A stretch of 64,000 nt of DNA, taken from a virus. Lineage: Duplodnaviria > Caudoviricetes. Shown here in pieces: positions 26,979 through 36,066 of the stretch. A program made the position numbers and the translations under genes. The stretch lies in IMG/VR virus record IMGVR_UViG_3300046318_000318; one strand, written 5' to 3'. The notes below the pieces were generated by a model. That model saw only the letters and a program-made list of their open reading frames with translations. It was not told the DNA's origin and did no database searches. Within the stretch, counting starts at the first letter, position 1. Every line of letters starts with the position of its first letter.

Positions 26979-28493
26979 TCAGCGTTCGGTCAATCTCGTT
27001 AGACGTTGAGTATAGAGGTCGAAAAAAACTGTCATGGTATCCAACGGAATGATGTTGGTGTGACGTGGCAGCTTATGTTCGACTTCTTGTTTCTTACCGC
27101 AAGCAGGGCAGTCATAAACAGGAATGCCGATTACAGAGATGGTGCTTTCTCCGATGTATTTGATGATCTCTTTGATGAAGTCTGACAGAATCACATCTTC
27201 ACTAGAAAGAACATCTAAACATTGAGAGAGAGTCTCAGGATCAGAAATCACATTACTATCGATCTCCACACACTCCACCCAATGACGGTACTGTCGCATA
27301 GCCGATGCTTGACCGTATTTAGTCAGCAAAGACTCACGTTCCGTTTGGGAAGTCTCTGTGGTGATGGCTTTCTCCATGATCTCTACCATATCAGAGATCC
27401 AGACATGACCAGCATCCACATATTCTTTAATAGAGGGCGTTCTCAAAGTAAAGAAGATCTTGCTGCCGTTAACTGTATCGATAGATACTTTTTTGTTATT
27501 GGCTACGGCAAGTTCTTCTTTATAACGAGTTACTGATGCAAGATCTTTGCTTCTGGCTTGTCTTGAAGCCATGTGTGATTTTTGCCAATCAGTGAGCGGA
27601 GCAGTGTTGACCCACTGAAGCTTAGACAAATTAAGAGTTTCTTCAAGAACATGGTGACACTTCTCAGGATCAGCAACACAAGCTCGTTGATATTTAAACC
27701 CACGAGGATAGACAGAACACATCAAACCCCAGATCAATGTAGGGATGTCTTGTGAGACTATGATGTTCTTCAGAAGTTCTGTATTAAGATCTTCTGATTT
27801 CAGAGTCGTGTCATAAACATGACTCAGCACAAAGTCAGTAAGACGATCTGTGGTGTAGGAGCTGGTGTTGGAAAATGCCAAACTGTGAGTGAAACGACCA
27901 AAACGGATCTTGTCACTCAGCATCAGTCGATTCAACTCCAGCAGTTCAGCTTCACTTGGTGGTTTGATTGTTACCCAAATGCCTGTGTGCCACAGAGGCA
28001 CCTGAATCAAAGTACCCAGACCCAACTGAGTAATCATTCGAATGATAGCTCGTTCACCTTTGATCTGTTGATTCTCAAGAGGTTTGAACCGAGGAGCCGC
28101 CGCATTCAGGTTGATGCCTTTATACTCTACCTTTTGTGTGAAGTTAGATCCAGGTTTAGTAACTGTATCACCAAAGACATCTGAATACATGGTCCTGGTC
28201 AGACCTTCCGTCAAAGCGGTTGCCCACTTTCGAGACTCAGGGTTGTCCAGCATGTTGACGTTAGGAATATTAGAAACAATATCCCGAGTGCGTTTGGCTG
28301 TATCAGAAGGTAGAGCGATATTATCTACAGCTCCTTGAATGTTACTGGAATATTCTACTTCCAAAAGACAGTTACCATCTCCATGAATAACAGTCTCTGC
28401 CACAGGAGCTGTCTCATGTTCTGGTTCATCTACAACAGGAACACCTTGTGGATGAACCTCAGTTGTTTCAACTTTGACTTCTTCACTGTTCAT
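26979..28493 (-). CDS. Putative baseplate hub/tail assembly protein (T4 gp26-like recall)
   Basis: Start moved to ATG 28493 (AAGGA RBS); PLWHTGIWVTIKPP, C-terminal CPACG Zn motif. Confidence 0.55.
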   Translation of the reverse strand: MNSEEVKVETTEVHPQGVPVVDEPEHETAPVAETVIHGDGNCLLEVEYSSNIQGAVDNIALPSDTAKRTRDIVSNIPNVNMLDNPESRKWATALTEGLTRTMYSDVFGDTVTKPGSNFTQKVEYKGINLNAAAPRFKPLENQQIKGERAIIRMITQLGLGTLIQVPLWHTGIWVTIKPPSEAELLELNRLMLSDKIRFGRFTHSLAFSNTSSYTTDRLTDFVLSHVYDTTLKSEDLNTELLKNIIVSQDIPTLIWGLMCSVYPRGFKYQRACVADPEKCHHVLEETLNLSKLQWVNTAPLTDWQKSHMASRQARSKDLASVTRYKEELAVANNKKVSIDTVNGSKIFFTLRTPSIKEYVDAGHVWISDMVEIMEKAITTETSQTERESLLTKYGQASAMRQYRHWVECVEIDSNVISDPETLSQCLDVLSSEDVILSDFIKEIIKYIGESTISVIGIPVYDCPACGKKQEVEHKLPRHTNIIPLDTMTVFFDLYTQRLTRLTER

Positions 28494-29064
28494 TTGCGGT
28501 TCCTTCAGCAACAGGGGTTTTAACTTCAGCATCAGAAATTACAGTTGGATCTACCAAATCTTTCTGTTTCTGAGCTTCAATTGTTTCTTGATCGCGCTTT
28601 TTCAATTCATCCTGCATGGCGATCAGATGATCAGTCACCGTCAACATAGGTGAAACCAACAAAGATTGAATGCGCAAAGCCGATGTTTTGTAGTCCTCGC
28701 CGATAGTAAGGTAAGCAGAGATATCTGCATCTTCTACTTTACCTGTCTTATCAACATGTCCTTTATGGATGGTAACCAGTTCTTGAGTGAGGGTTTCAAT
28801 ATCAGAAGACAAACCTTTGATAGTCACAGACAACTCATTGTTAACTGGAACAGCATGCATTTTGAACAAAGTGATGGCGCGTTCGACAGAGATAGCCTGA
28901 TCTACCAGACCACCGGCTACTGTCTTGTAAAGTTCTTCGAGTTCTTCCCAAGTCATCGAGAAGGGTTTTTCTTCAGCAGTGATACCTGCACGATCCATCA
29001 GCTGGTTCAGCAGAGGAAAAGTCACAGGTCCTTGGGAATTTTGCTGGGGGATGTTTTGTGCCAT
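28483..29064 (-). CDS. Conserved hypothetical helical protein
   Basis: 193 aa; AAGGA RBS; coiled-coil character. Confidence 0.75.
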   Translation of the reverse strand: MAQNIPQQNSQGPVTFPLLNQLMDRAGITAEEKPFSMTWEELEELYKTVAGGLVDQAISVERAITLFKMHAVPVNNELSVTIKGLSSDIETLTQELVTIHKGHVDKTGKVEDADISAYLTIGEDYKTSALRIQSLLVSPMLTVTDHLIAMQDELKKRDQETIEAQKQKDLVDPTVISDAEVKTPVAEGTANEQ

Positions 29065-29103
29065 GTTGGTTCCTTATATATAGAAAAGTTTTTAAGCCCT
29101 GAA

Positions 29104-29114
29104 GCTATACTATG
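29104..29114 (+). promoter_or_regulatory. Putative late promoter GCTATACTATG
   Basis: TATG about 45 nt upstream of the 29161/vRNAP operon. Confidence 0.4.
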
Positions 29115-29160
29115 ATTCCACAGCTTATTTTTTAGACTAAGTAGAAAAAAGGTAACCACC

Positions 29161-30021
29161 ATGAACGAATTGGTGTCAGAATTTATAAGTCAACAGTTTG
29201 CACCAGAAGCTGTTGAAGATTTTAAAAGAGCTTTTGAACTTTTCAATGCGTTTAACAGTCTTGACGATGATGAAAAGTTAATCGATATCCTGACTGATAG
29301 CAGCTTGACATCTATAGATCAAAAGGACGCTATATATAAAGCAGTGAATGATTCGGCTGATAAGATCTTATCGGCACACACCATCCGTACTTACGATGAT
29401 GTAAGTTTAGCTGTTAAGAATGAGATACTGTCTGCTTTATTTCTTGTTCAGCATTTAGAAGATTCCAAACCTTTTCAGATAGCTTTAGAATCGCCTGAGA
29501 ACGATGATGAGATTCTGGCTTTTATCATCAGTGAACTATCTACTCTAGATAAACTGGATGTTATGTCTGCAATAGCTGACTTTAGACCATCAGTTCTGAA
29601 ACAGTTAAAAGCTTACCTACTCTCTAAAGAAACAGAAGATAGCAGCCCTGTGGTGGATAAGTATATTAAGATACTTAAAGAATTTAAAGTATTTTCCAAA
29701 AAAGACGACCTTATAGGTTTACAACTGACTGAGAGCGGTATGCTCTTGGGTCAGAGATTAGAGACGTACGCTGGATACATATCTAATATAGAGGTCAGAG
29801 ATTTAGATACTTTGAGTTATCACATACTCTCTTTGCTGTACATGACACCTGAAGGTATCAACAGCCCTATCCTGGCTTATAGAAGATCAAGCCATGTTCT
29901 GTTTGATGATCTGGCTGTGGTCAGTAACGTAGAAAATAAATTGGCTTCCTTAGTGGCCAATTTCAATGAATACCAGAAAGCCTTAAATGAAAAGATTAGA
30001 CTATCTGAAACTGGCTCTTAA
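29161..30021 (+). CDS. Conserved hypothetical protein
   Basis: 286 aa; overlaps the vRNAP gene start. Confidence 0.75.
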   Translation: MNELVSEFISQQFAPEAVEDFKRAFELFNAFNSLDDDEKLIDILTDSSLTSIDQKDAIYKAVNDSADKILSAHTIRTYDDVSLAVKNEILSALFLVQHLEDSKPFQIALESPENDDEILAFIISELSTLDKLDVMSAIADFRPSVLKQLKAYLLSKETEDSSPVVDKYIKILKEFKVFSKKDDLIGLQLTESGMLLGQRLETYAGYISNIEVRDLDTLSYHILSLLYMTPEGINSPILAYRRSSHVLFDDLAVVSNVENKLASLVANFNEYQKALNEKIRLSETGS

Positions 30022-31318
30022 GAATAGAGCTTACGCAACACAGGACTGGATCATACGTTGTTTTGCGATCATGCGTCCTAAAACAGAAGCTGAGTTAGCA
30101 GGTAATACGTATTACCTCATGCCTGTGCTCCTGCCTTTTGCTTACGGGTTCATCAATGAAGAAAATGTCTTTGTTAAGTTTGATGAGGATCTGGATGTCA
30201 AACAACCTTTGTTTTCTTTTAGTGAAAGACTCACTATAGATAACACATGGGCTGATAATGTCAAACAACCAACAGAGACTTGCATAGGCAATGTGCTGGT
30301 TAATGCAATAGGTGTGCTTGAGTGTTTTGGTTCTAAGTTTCCTTTTCAGACAGGTTCTTTGTCCATGGGGAGTTTTGAATCTCTTATAGTCGACAAGCTA
30401 AGAGACACACCAAAAACAGAAACAGAAAGATCTACTGAGTATTATTACGTTGATGAATATGTTAAGTTCATCAACGCTATGTCTTATATAAGGGACTTCT
30501 CACACTTAGTTTCCATATCAGCTACCAGAAAGAACATACGTAAGCCAGACGGCATAGAAGCTTTTAAGAAACAATTGCTTGTTAAATATGAAGGTAAGTT
30601 AACAGATCCTGTTGAGCTTTCTAAATTTGAAGGTGAGTTGAAAGCTTTTGACGATGCTTACATGGCAGATGACCCAAGTAACAATAAGTTTGTTAAAGGT
30701 AAGATTAAGAACATTGCTAGAAAGAAATTGTTTCTTACGCTAGGTCAAGGACTGTCCTTTAATGAAGGTGGTGAACAAAATCCTATTGTCGGTTCTTTAA
30801 CAGAAGGTTGGTCAACAGATCCTAAAGATATAACAGCCATGGTGAATGATACACGTATGGCCAGTTATTACCGAGGTTCCGAAACTGTTAAAGGTGGTGT
30901 GTCAGCTAAAACCTTACTCAGAGCCGCTAATAATTTCAAAATCTGGAAAGACAGAAGTGGTTCACCCACAGACTGTGGTTCTAAGCTTGGTTTGAAAAGA
31001 ATCTATACGTCTGGCAATATCTCTCAACTACCTGGTAAAACTTTACTGTTAGGATCTTCTTCTAAGTTAATAGAGAACGATCAAGAGGCAGGTGTCTATC
31101 TGGGTAAAACTTTGACTGTCAGATCTCCTATGTATTGCACACTGTCGGGTGATGTTATATGTGAGGTCTGTGCCGGTAAGAAACTTTCTACTTTACCCAC
31201 AGGTCTGTCCATCCCTCTGACAGAAATTTCAGCCATCATCATGACATCTTCTATGAAACGTATGCATGGTGTGGTATTGTCAACAGCAAAAATAACTTTA
31301 GAAGACCACTTCTCTTAA
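29987..31318 (+). CDS. rpoC: Virion RNA polymerase beta'-like C-terminal subunit (phiKZ gp80-like)
   Basis: RMASYYRGSETVKGG (bridge-helix-like), DCGS, RSPMYC...CEVCAG Zn site, MKRMHG trigger-loop-like. Confidence 0.9.
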   Translation: MKRLDYLKLALKNRAYATQDWIIRCFAIMRPKTEAELAGNTYYLMPVLLPFAYGFINEENVFVKFDEDLDVKQPLFSFSERLTIDNTWADNVKQPTETCIGNVLVNAIGVLECFGSKFPFQTGSLSMGSFESLIVDKLRDTPKTETERSTEYYYVDEYVKFINAMSYIRDFSHLVSISATRKNIRKPDGIEAFKKQLLVKYEGKLTDPVELSKFEGELKAFDDAYMADDPSNNKFVKGKIKNIARKKLFLTLGQGLSFNEGGEQNPIVGSLTEGWSTDPKDITAMVNDTRMASYYRGSETVKGGVSAKTLLRAANNFKIWKDRSGSPTDCGSKLGLKRIYTSGNISQLPGKTLLLGSSSKLIENDQEAGVYLGKTLTVRSPMYCTLSGDVICEVCAGKKLSTLPTGLSIPLTEISAIIMTSSMKRMHGVVLSTAKITLEDHFS

Positions 31319-31327
31319 GGATAAATC

Positions 31328-32164
31328 ATGAACTTCTTCGAGCAGCGTGAAAGCACACAGCAATCAAGCAATCAAAACCGTGAAATGCGTTCTGAAAATT
31401 CTGAACAATCTGGCGGTCAGTATAATCAGAATTATAATTCTGGTGAGCGACAACCCTATAACAACTCTGGTAATAATTCCGGTGGTGGTTATCAAGGCGG
31501 GCAAGGCGGCTATCAGAAGAAACCTTATACACCAGGTGGTGGCTATCAGAAACAAGGCGGTTATCAAGGTGGTCAAGGCGGTGGATTTAAAAATCGACCA
31601 CCAGCTGAGCAGGAAGATCCTTATTTGTATCTACCTTACGCAGCTACAGGTAACAAGGACATGCCTGAAAGTTTCAAACCTATGATTCAACGCATCGGAA
31701 GAAACCTTCAGGAAGCCGGACTGATTCTTCGTACTGGTGGTATGGAAGGTCTTGAGGATGTGATTGAAAAATCAGCTACCAAGCTTGAAGTCCATCTTCC
31801 TTTTAAAGACTTTGACGGAAAACAGAGTAAGTTTACTTACACTTCTGATTTCGTTAAAGGCATTGCTAAGATGTTCCATACATCTTTTGACACACTAAAA
31901 CCAGTCGTGCAAACGTTTCTTGCTAAGAACGTGCGATTGGTTTTGGGTAAAGATGGTAAGAGTCCTGCTTTGTTTTTGGTGGTTTGGACTGAAGATGGTG
32001 CAGAGACCACAGCAGAAAAAACTTTCAAAACAGGTAACTCAGGCAATGCCATCGAGATCGCCAATGCGATTAAGATCCCTGTGTTTAACTTAGCTCGTCC
32101 TGATGCTGAACAACGCATCTATGAATTTGTAGCTGCCAAAACAAACAAAGAGATTCAACGTTAA
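31328..32164 (+). CDS. SLOG/DprA-like protein with G/Q/Y/N-rich N-terminus (phiKZ gp77-like)
   Basis: LRTGGMEG...HLPFKDF and WTEDGAE...TGNSGNAIEIA; low-complexity first ~90 aa. Confidence 0.65.
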   Translation: MNFFEQRESTQQSSNQNREMRSENSEQSGGQYNQNYNSGERQPYNNSGNNSGGGYQGGQGGYQKKPYTPGGGYQKQGGYQGGQGGGFKNRPPAEQEDPYLYLPYAATGNKDMPESFKPMIQRIGRNLQEAGLILRTGGMEGLEDVIEKSATKLEVHLPFKDFDGKQSKFTYTSDFVKGIAKMFHTSFDTLKPVVQTFLAKNVRLVLGKDGKSPALFLVVWTEDGAETTAEKTFKTGNSGNAIEIANAIKIPVFNLARPDAEQRIYEFVAAKTNKEIQR

Positions 32165-32189
32165 TCTGAGAATAAAGGAATAGTGAAGA

Positions 32190-32918
32190 ATGAATGCTAA
32201 ATATCAACCTAAGAAACCTTACGTCAAACCTGTTCAAGAAAGCGCAAAACCCATGTCTGAAGAAAACACCCAAGCTCCTGCTGAAGAAGTAATTGAACCA
32301 GCTGCAGAGACACAAGAAGCAGTTGCTGAAACTCCTGTGGTGGAACAAGTTCCCACACCTGCTCCAGCACCTGCAGTCGTACCAGCGCCTGTGGTTAAAC
32401 CAGCTGTGGTTAACACAGTGGTCGCACCAGCTGCTAAACCAGCTACTGCTGCTGAATCCAGCATGGAAAATGTGTTTCAAAAAATGCGTGAGACCGGCAC
32501 TGTGTTTGAAAAGATGACTATGGCTAGTCTCGACAGCTATGTGGACAAGATGAAACCAGGTTTGCCTATTCCAGCTGACGTGGGTGCTCGGAATCAATAC
32601 GCTTTGTGGAAACTGTTTGAGTCTGTTATTGAAACAGCCCCAGAAACAGAATTCAAAAAATTGTGGTCTGTCATTCTGGCTTTTTTCAATGCGGACAAGA
32701 CAGGCGTTTTTGGAGAGCGGTATGTTTATCGCTTTGCTGATCAGTGGGTTTGGTCTATTGACGAACTGAACTCCATGCAGCGTATCATCAATCTGGTTAT
32801 CAACACCAAGACTCCAGCTACACGTCCTTTGGATATCAAACGTATCAGCATCGCTAAGACTGTTGAAGGTTTCAGTGAGAAGGCCAAAGAGCGTCTGAAT
32901 AACTATTATCAATCTTGA
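32190..32918 (+). CDS. Conserved hypothetical protein (gp79-like by synteny)
   Basis: 242 aa; Pro/Ala/Glu/Val-rich N-terminal linker and helical C-terminal domain. Confidence 0.7.
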   Translation: MNAKYQPKKPYVKPVQESAKPMSEENTQAPAEEVIEPAAETQEAVAETPVVEQVPTPAPAPAVVPAPVVKPAVVNTVVAPAAKPATAAESSMENVFQKMRETGTVFEKMTMASLDSYVDKMKPGLPIPADVGARNQYALWKLFESVIETAPETEFKKLWSVILAFFNADKTGVFGERYVYRFADQWVWSIDELNSMQRIINLVINTKTPATRPLDIKRISIAKTVEGFSEKAKERLNNYYQS

Positions 32919-32929
32919 TAAAGAATAAG

Positions 32930-32957
32930 GATACAGAGAGCCTAGGCTCTCTGTATC
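32930..32957. terminator. 28-bp perfect palindrome, terminator
   Basis: gatacagagagcct|aggctctctgtatc followed by a T-rich tract. Confidence 0.7.
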
Positions 32958-33011
32958 TTTCTTTCGGCAAATGTTTTGGTACAGGTTATTGACCTATCAA
33001 GGAACACCCAA

Positions 33012-34424
33012 ATGAGAAATATCATCAATGCAAAAGCTCCTGGCTCTCATGAAGGACTTTACACATTAGACATCGGTGGTACAAGTGCTACCACCGTAGC
33101 TGTCGCTCTGACTAATTTAAACGGCGTTGAGAAAACTTTGATCAACCAAGTAGGTGGTCCAGTAAGTCTTGACGAACACGGTAATATCCCTAAGAACTTT
33201 TTACCCAAGGGGCTGAAACAAAAACCTACAGTATCTGGTCCTGCTACGCTCCCACCAGCTACACAAGGTGTTTACACCATCACCAACTATGATAGCAAAA
33301 GAACTTACGATCTAACTCTACAGGTAATAGGTGCTGGGGCTGTTTATAGAAACGACAATCAGGTTATATTCACTACACCTGATGCTTCTATAGTAGGCAC
33401 CGGTGGTATGTACGGTTTTAAGTTAAATGGATTTAATTTTCCTGTGATGGTAAATTTGGCTAATCCAATATTGCCTACTCCGTCTATACTCACACCTTCT
33501 CAAGGTTTAGTAATAAACAACAATAAGTTTACTGTTTCCTACCTGATAGCACCAGGTAACTATGCTGGTACAGCTTTCTCTCCTTTGTTTGTAGACTATC
33601 AGTTAGCTACAGACAGTCAATTCAACAACATCTTTGATTACGGAGTAGATGTGCCTGTAACAGGCAGTAGCTTTGTAGTAGAAGATATGCCGCAGAGTAC
33701 AGATTGTTATCTGAGAATCAGACAGAGAGATAATAACTTCGGTCACAGCGAATGGTCTGCTGTGCGTAAGTTTAACTCTGGTACTTATTCAGAAGCTTTG
33801 AGATCCAGGATACCTTTGATACAGTATCCGATCTATAGCGATTTGGGTATACTACCTACAGATAGATTACAGACAAGTCCTTTTGTAGCTATTAACTTTG
33901 ATGACAAACACGTCGAAACAGAATGGCATTTGGATGGTCTGTCTTCTCTTAGCAAAACCTTTCTAACCAGTGGACAGATCTTTAGAATCTTTAACTATTT
34001 AGAATCTGGTAGAACGTTAGAGCTTAAGGCTAGACACAGAGGTAGTTTGTCTGGATGGTCTGAATGGTCACAACCTGTGATCTTCACTATGATCTATCCT
34101 TATAAAGCCGAGCCTGTGTTAAAGAGCGTAAGTCAAGCTACATTCTACGCAGGTGAATACACAGTAGCTAATAACTCTGTGGTAGAGATAGATCCTCTAG
34201 ATAGTTTATGGCCAAGTGAGATCACACTAGGTGTAGCTTGGGAAGTACAGAAAGTAGGATCTACTGCTGTAACTGTGGTGAATACTTACGGTCAGTCTAT
34301 GAACGTGATCATATCTGTACTGTTAGCTGGTCAGTCTAGTGGTGTGTATTATATCAGACCTCGCATACTGACTAACTATTCTTCTGTTAAAGTAACTGCA
34401 GCTTTTAGATTAAGAAAGCTTTAA
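33012..34424 (+). CDS. Putative virion surface/fibre protein with FN3/Ig-like modules
   Basis: Start moved to ATG 33012 (AAGGA RBS); SLDEHGNIPKNFLP motif; two R.R....SEWS/SGWSEWS FN3-type ends. Confidence 0.55.
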   Translation: MRNIINAKAPGSHEGLYTLDIGGTSATTVAVALTNLNGVEKTLINQVGGPVSLDEHGNIPKNFLPKGLKQKPTVSGPATLPPATQGVYTITNYDSKRTYDLTLQVIGAGAVYRNDNQVIFTTPDASIVGTGGMYGFKLNGFNFPVMVNLANPILPTPSILTPSQGLVINNNKFTVSYLIAPGNYAGTAFSPLFVDYQLATDSQFNNIFDYGVDVPVTGSSFVVEDMPQSTDCYLRIRQRDNNFGHSEWSAVRKFNSGTYSEALRSRIPLIQYPIYSDLGILPTDRLQTSPFVAINFDDKHVETEWHLDGLSSLSKTFLTSGQIFRIFNYLESGRTLELKARHRGSLSGWSEWSQPVIFTMIYPYKAEPVLKSVSQATFYAGEYTVANNSVVEIDPLDSLWPSEITLGVAWEVQKVGSTAVTVVNTYGQSMNVIISVLLAGQSSGVYYIRPRILTNYSSVKVTAAFRLRKL

Positions 34425-34432
34425 ACAAAAAA

Positions 34433-34471
34433 AAAAAATACTCCCGGCCTTTTGGCCTGGGAGTATTTTTT
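34433..34471. terminator. Bidirectional terminator
   Basis: A-run + atactcccggcc-tttt-ggcctgggagtat + T-run between convergent genes. Confidence 0.8.
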
Positions 34472-34475
34472 GCTG

Positions 34476-36023
34476 TCATATCATGTTTGGATAGTGTAGC
34501 TCATTGATGGAAGCTACCTTAGGCTGATACAAAAGCTTTCGATTACGGTGATAACCTACTTGCTTAGGGATCTGTAAGCAATACAGGTAGTAGAACTTAA
34601 CATCTCTGTCTTTCAACTCTCTCAGTCTACCTAACGCTTGAAGATTAGATACAGGACTGTCTACGGAGACAGACATGATCGCCACTCTTAGATTAGGTAT
34701 ATCGATAGCCGTACCACCAGACTGGATCGTAGTGACTCTTATGTCAGCTTCGATCACATTCTCATAAGGGTCGTCTTCCACATACCTTCGCACATCCAGA
34801 TCAGGAAACTCTTCTTTCAAATGTTTGGTATACTCAGTACACATATCTATACTGGCACAAAAGACAACGAGTTTATCGTTTTCCATCTTACCAGATATAT
34901 ACGTGTCCTTAACCAACCTCGTAAGCATCATGAAGTAGTTATCTCTCTTCATGGTATTCTTAGTTATACTTTTCTCAAACTCTATATGGCTGTAGTTATT
35001 ACTACCAAAAGGTGAGGTTCGTATTTTAGAGGCGTTGAAATTAGAGATCTCATAGCTGATAGGGAACAGCTTGATGTATTTCTTCATTTCGATTTTGTCG
35101 AAACGGATCTGTTTAGGGAAGATGAGACTATACATCCTCTTTAGAAACGGATCTTCAGATACCAGGGTAGCTGTTAGAAATACCAAGTTGTGGATATGCA
35201 TGTGCGTTAGCGCTCTGAATACTGCATGAAAGTGCTGGTGACCTTCATCGACAATCATCGTACCTGCCTTGATCGTTCTTGCAAAGTCACAAGGTTTGCA
35301 CTCATACCCACTCATCTCAAATTCATCTACGGATCCAGAATATGCTTCTAGGTAGTACATGAATGTAGTCAAACTACAGATGATAAACTTACTGGTAAGC
35401 TGTCCATCTGCGGCTAAGGATATCAAACCCTTTAGCTGATCACCACCTTGTACGGTCATGATCTCTTTGGGCTTAACATTAACCACAGCTACTATTTCCT
35501 CAGCCCACTTTTCTATGTACTTAGGTAGAACAAGTACAAATACTCGCTCACCCATGTTCACAGCCGTGGCTAAAGAACTTATACCTTTACCTGTACCTGT
35601 CGGTAAAGACACCAATCTGCTGTTGAAATCACCTTCGTACTTGGCAGAGCAGAATTGCACCACCTCGTTTTGATAATCTCTAAGTTCCCAACCTGGGTTG
35701 AGTTTTAGATCTACTTTAGTAGCTTCATAGGAATCCGCTACTGTAACTTCATACATGCTGTCATCAAAGTGTTCATAAGCAAGAAGCTTCAGAAACTCTG
35801 AGTATTGAGCTATGTGAAATCTAAACTCTGTGCTGGCTTTGTTCTTCCAAGCATATGTCTTCTGTACTGTGTTTTGTTTATTCCCTATTTTCACATAGTT
35901 GATTTGAACAAACTTAACACAGAACTTAAGCAACATAGCCAAAGCTCTGGGTGTAGGGAAAGTGACGCTGAATGAATGTGTGTATTTGGTTACATGGAAG
36001 TGTTTGGGTATATCGATTTGCAT
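34476..36023 (-). CDS. SF2 (RAD2/UvsW-like) DNA helicase (phiKZ gp75-like)
   Basis: LRDYQ (Q motif), PTGTGKG, VDEGH, LTAT, QALGRLR. Confidence 0.9.
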   Translation of the reverse strand: MQIDIPKHFHVTKYTHSFSVTFPTPRALAMLLKFCVKFVQINYVKIGNKQNTVQKTYAWKNKASTEFRFHIAQYSEFLKLLAYEHFDDSMYEVTVADSYEATKVDLKLNPGWELRDYQNEVVQFCSAKYEGDFNSRLVSLPTGTGKGISSLATAVNMGERVFVLVLPKYIEKWAEEIVAVVNVKPKEIMTVQGGDQLKGLISLAADGQLTSKFIICSLTTFMYYLEAYSGSVDEFEMSGYECKPCDFARTIKAGTMIVDEGHQHFHAVFRALTHMHIHNLVFLTATLVSEDPFLKRMYSLIFPKQIRFDKIEMKKYIKLFPISYEISNFNASKIRTSPFGSNNYSHIEFEKSITKNTMKRDNYFMMLTRLVKDTYISGKMENDKLVVFCASIDMCTEYTKHLKEEFPDLDVRRYVEDDPYENVIEADIRVTTIQSGGTAIDIPNLRVAIMSVSVDSPVSNLQALGRLRELKDRDVKFYYLYCLQIPKQVGYHRNRKLLYQPKVASINELHYPNMI

Positions 36024-36066
36024 AGAGAAAAAGAAAAGCCTGGTGTTAATAGGCTTTTCTTACTCC

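Noticed and set aside
32085-32912. 275-aa minus-strand ORF
   Set aside because: Antisense shadow of 32190..32918
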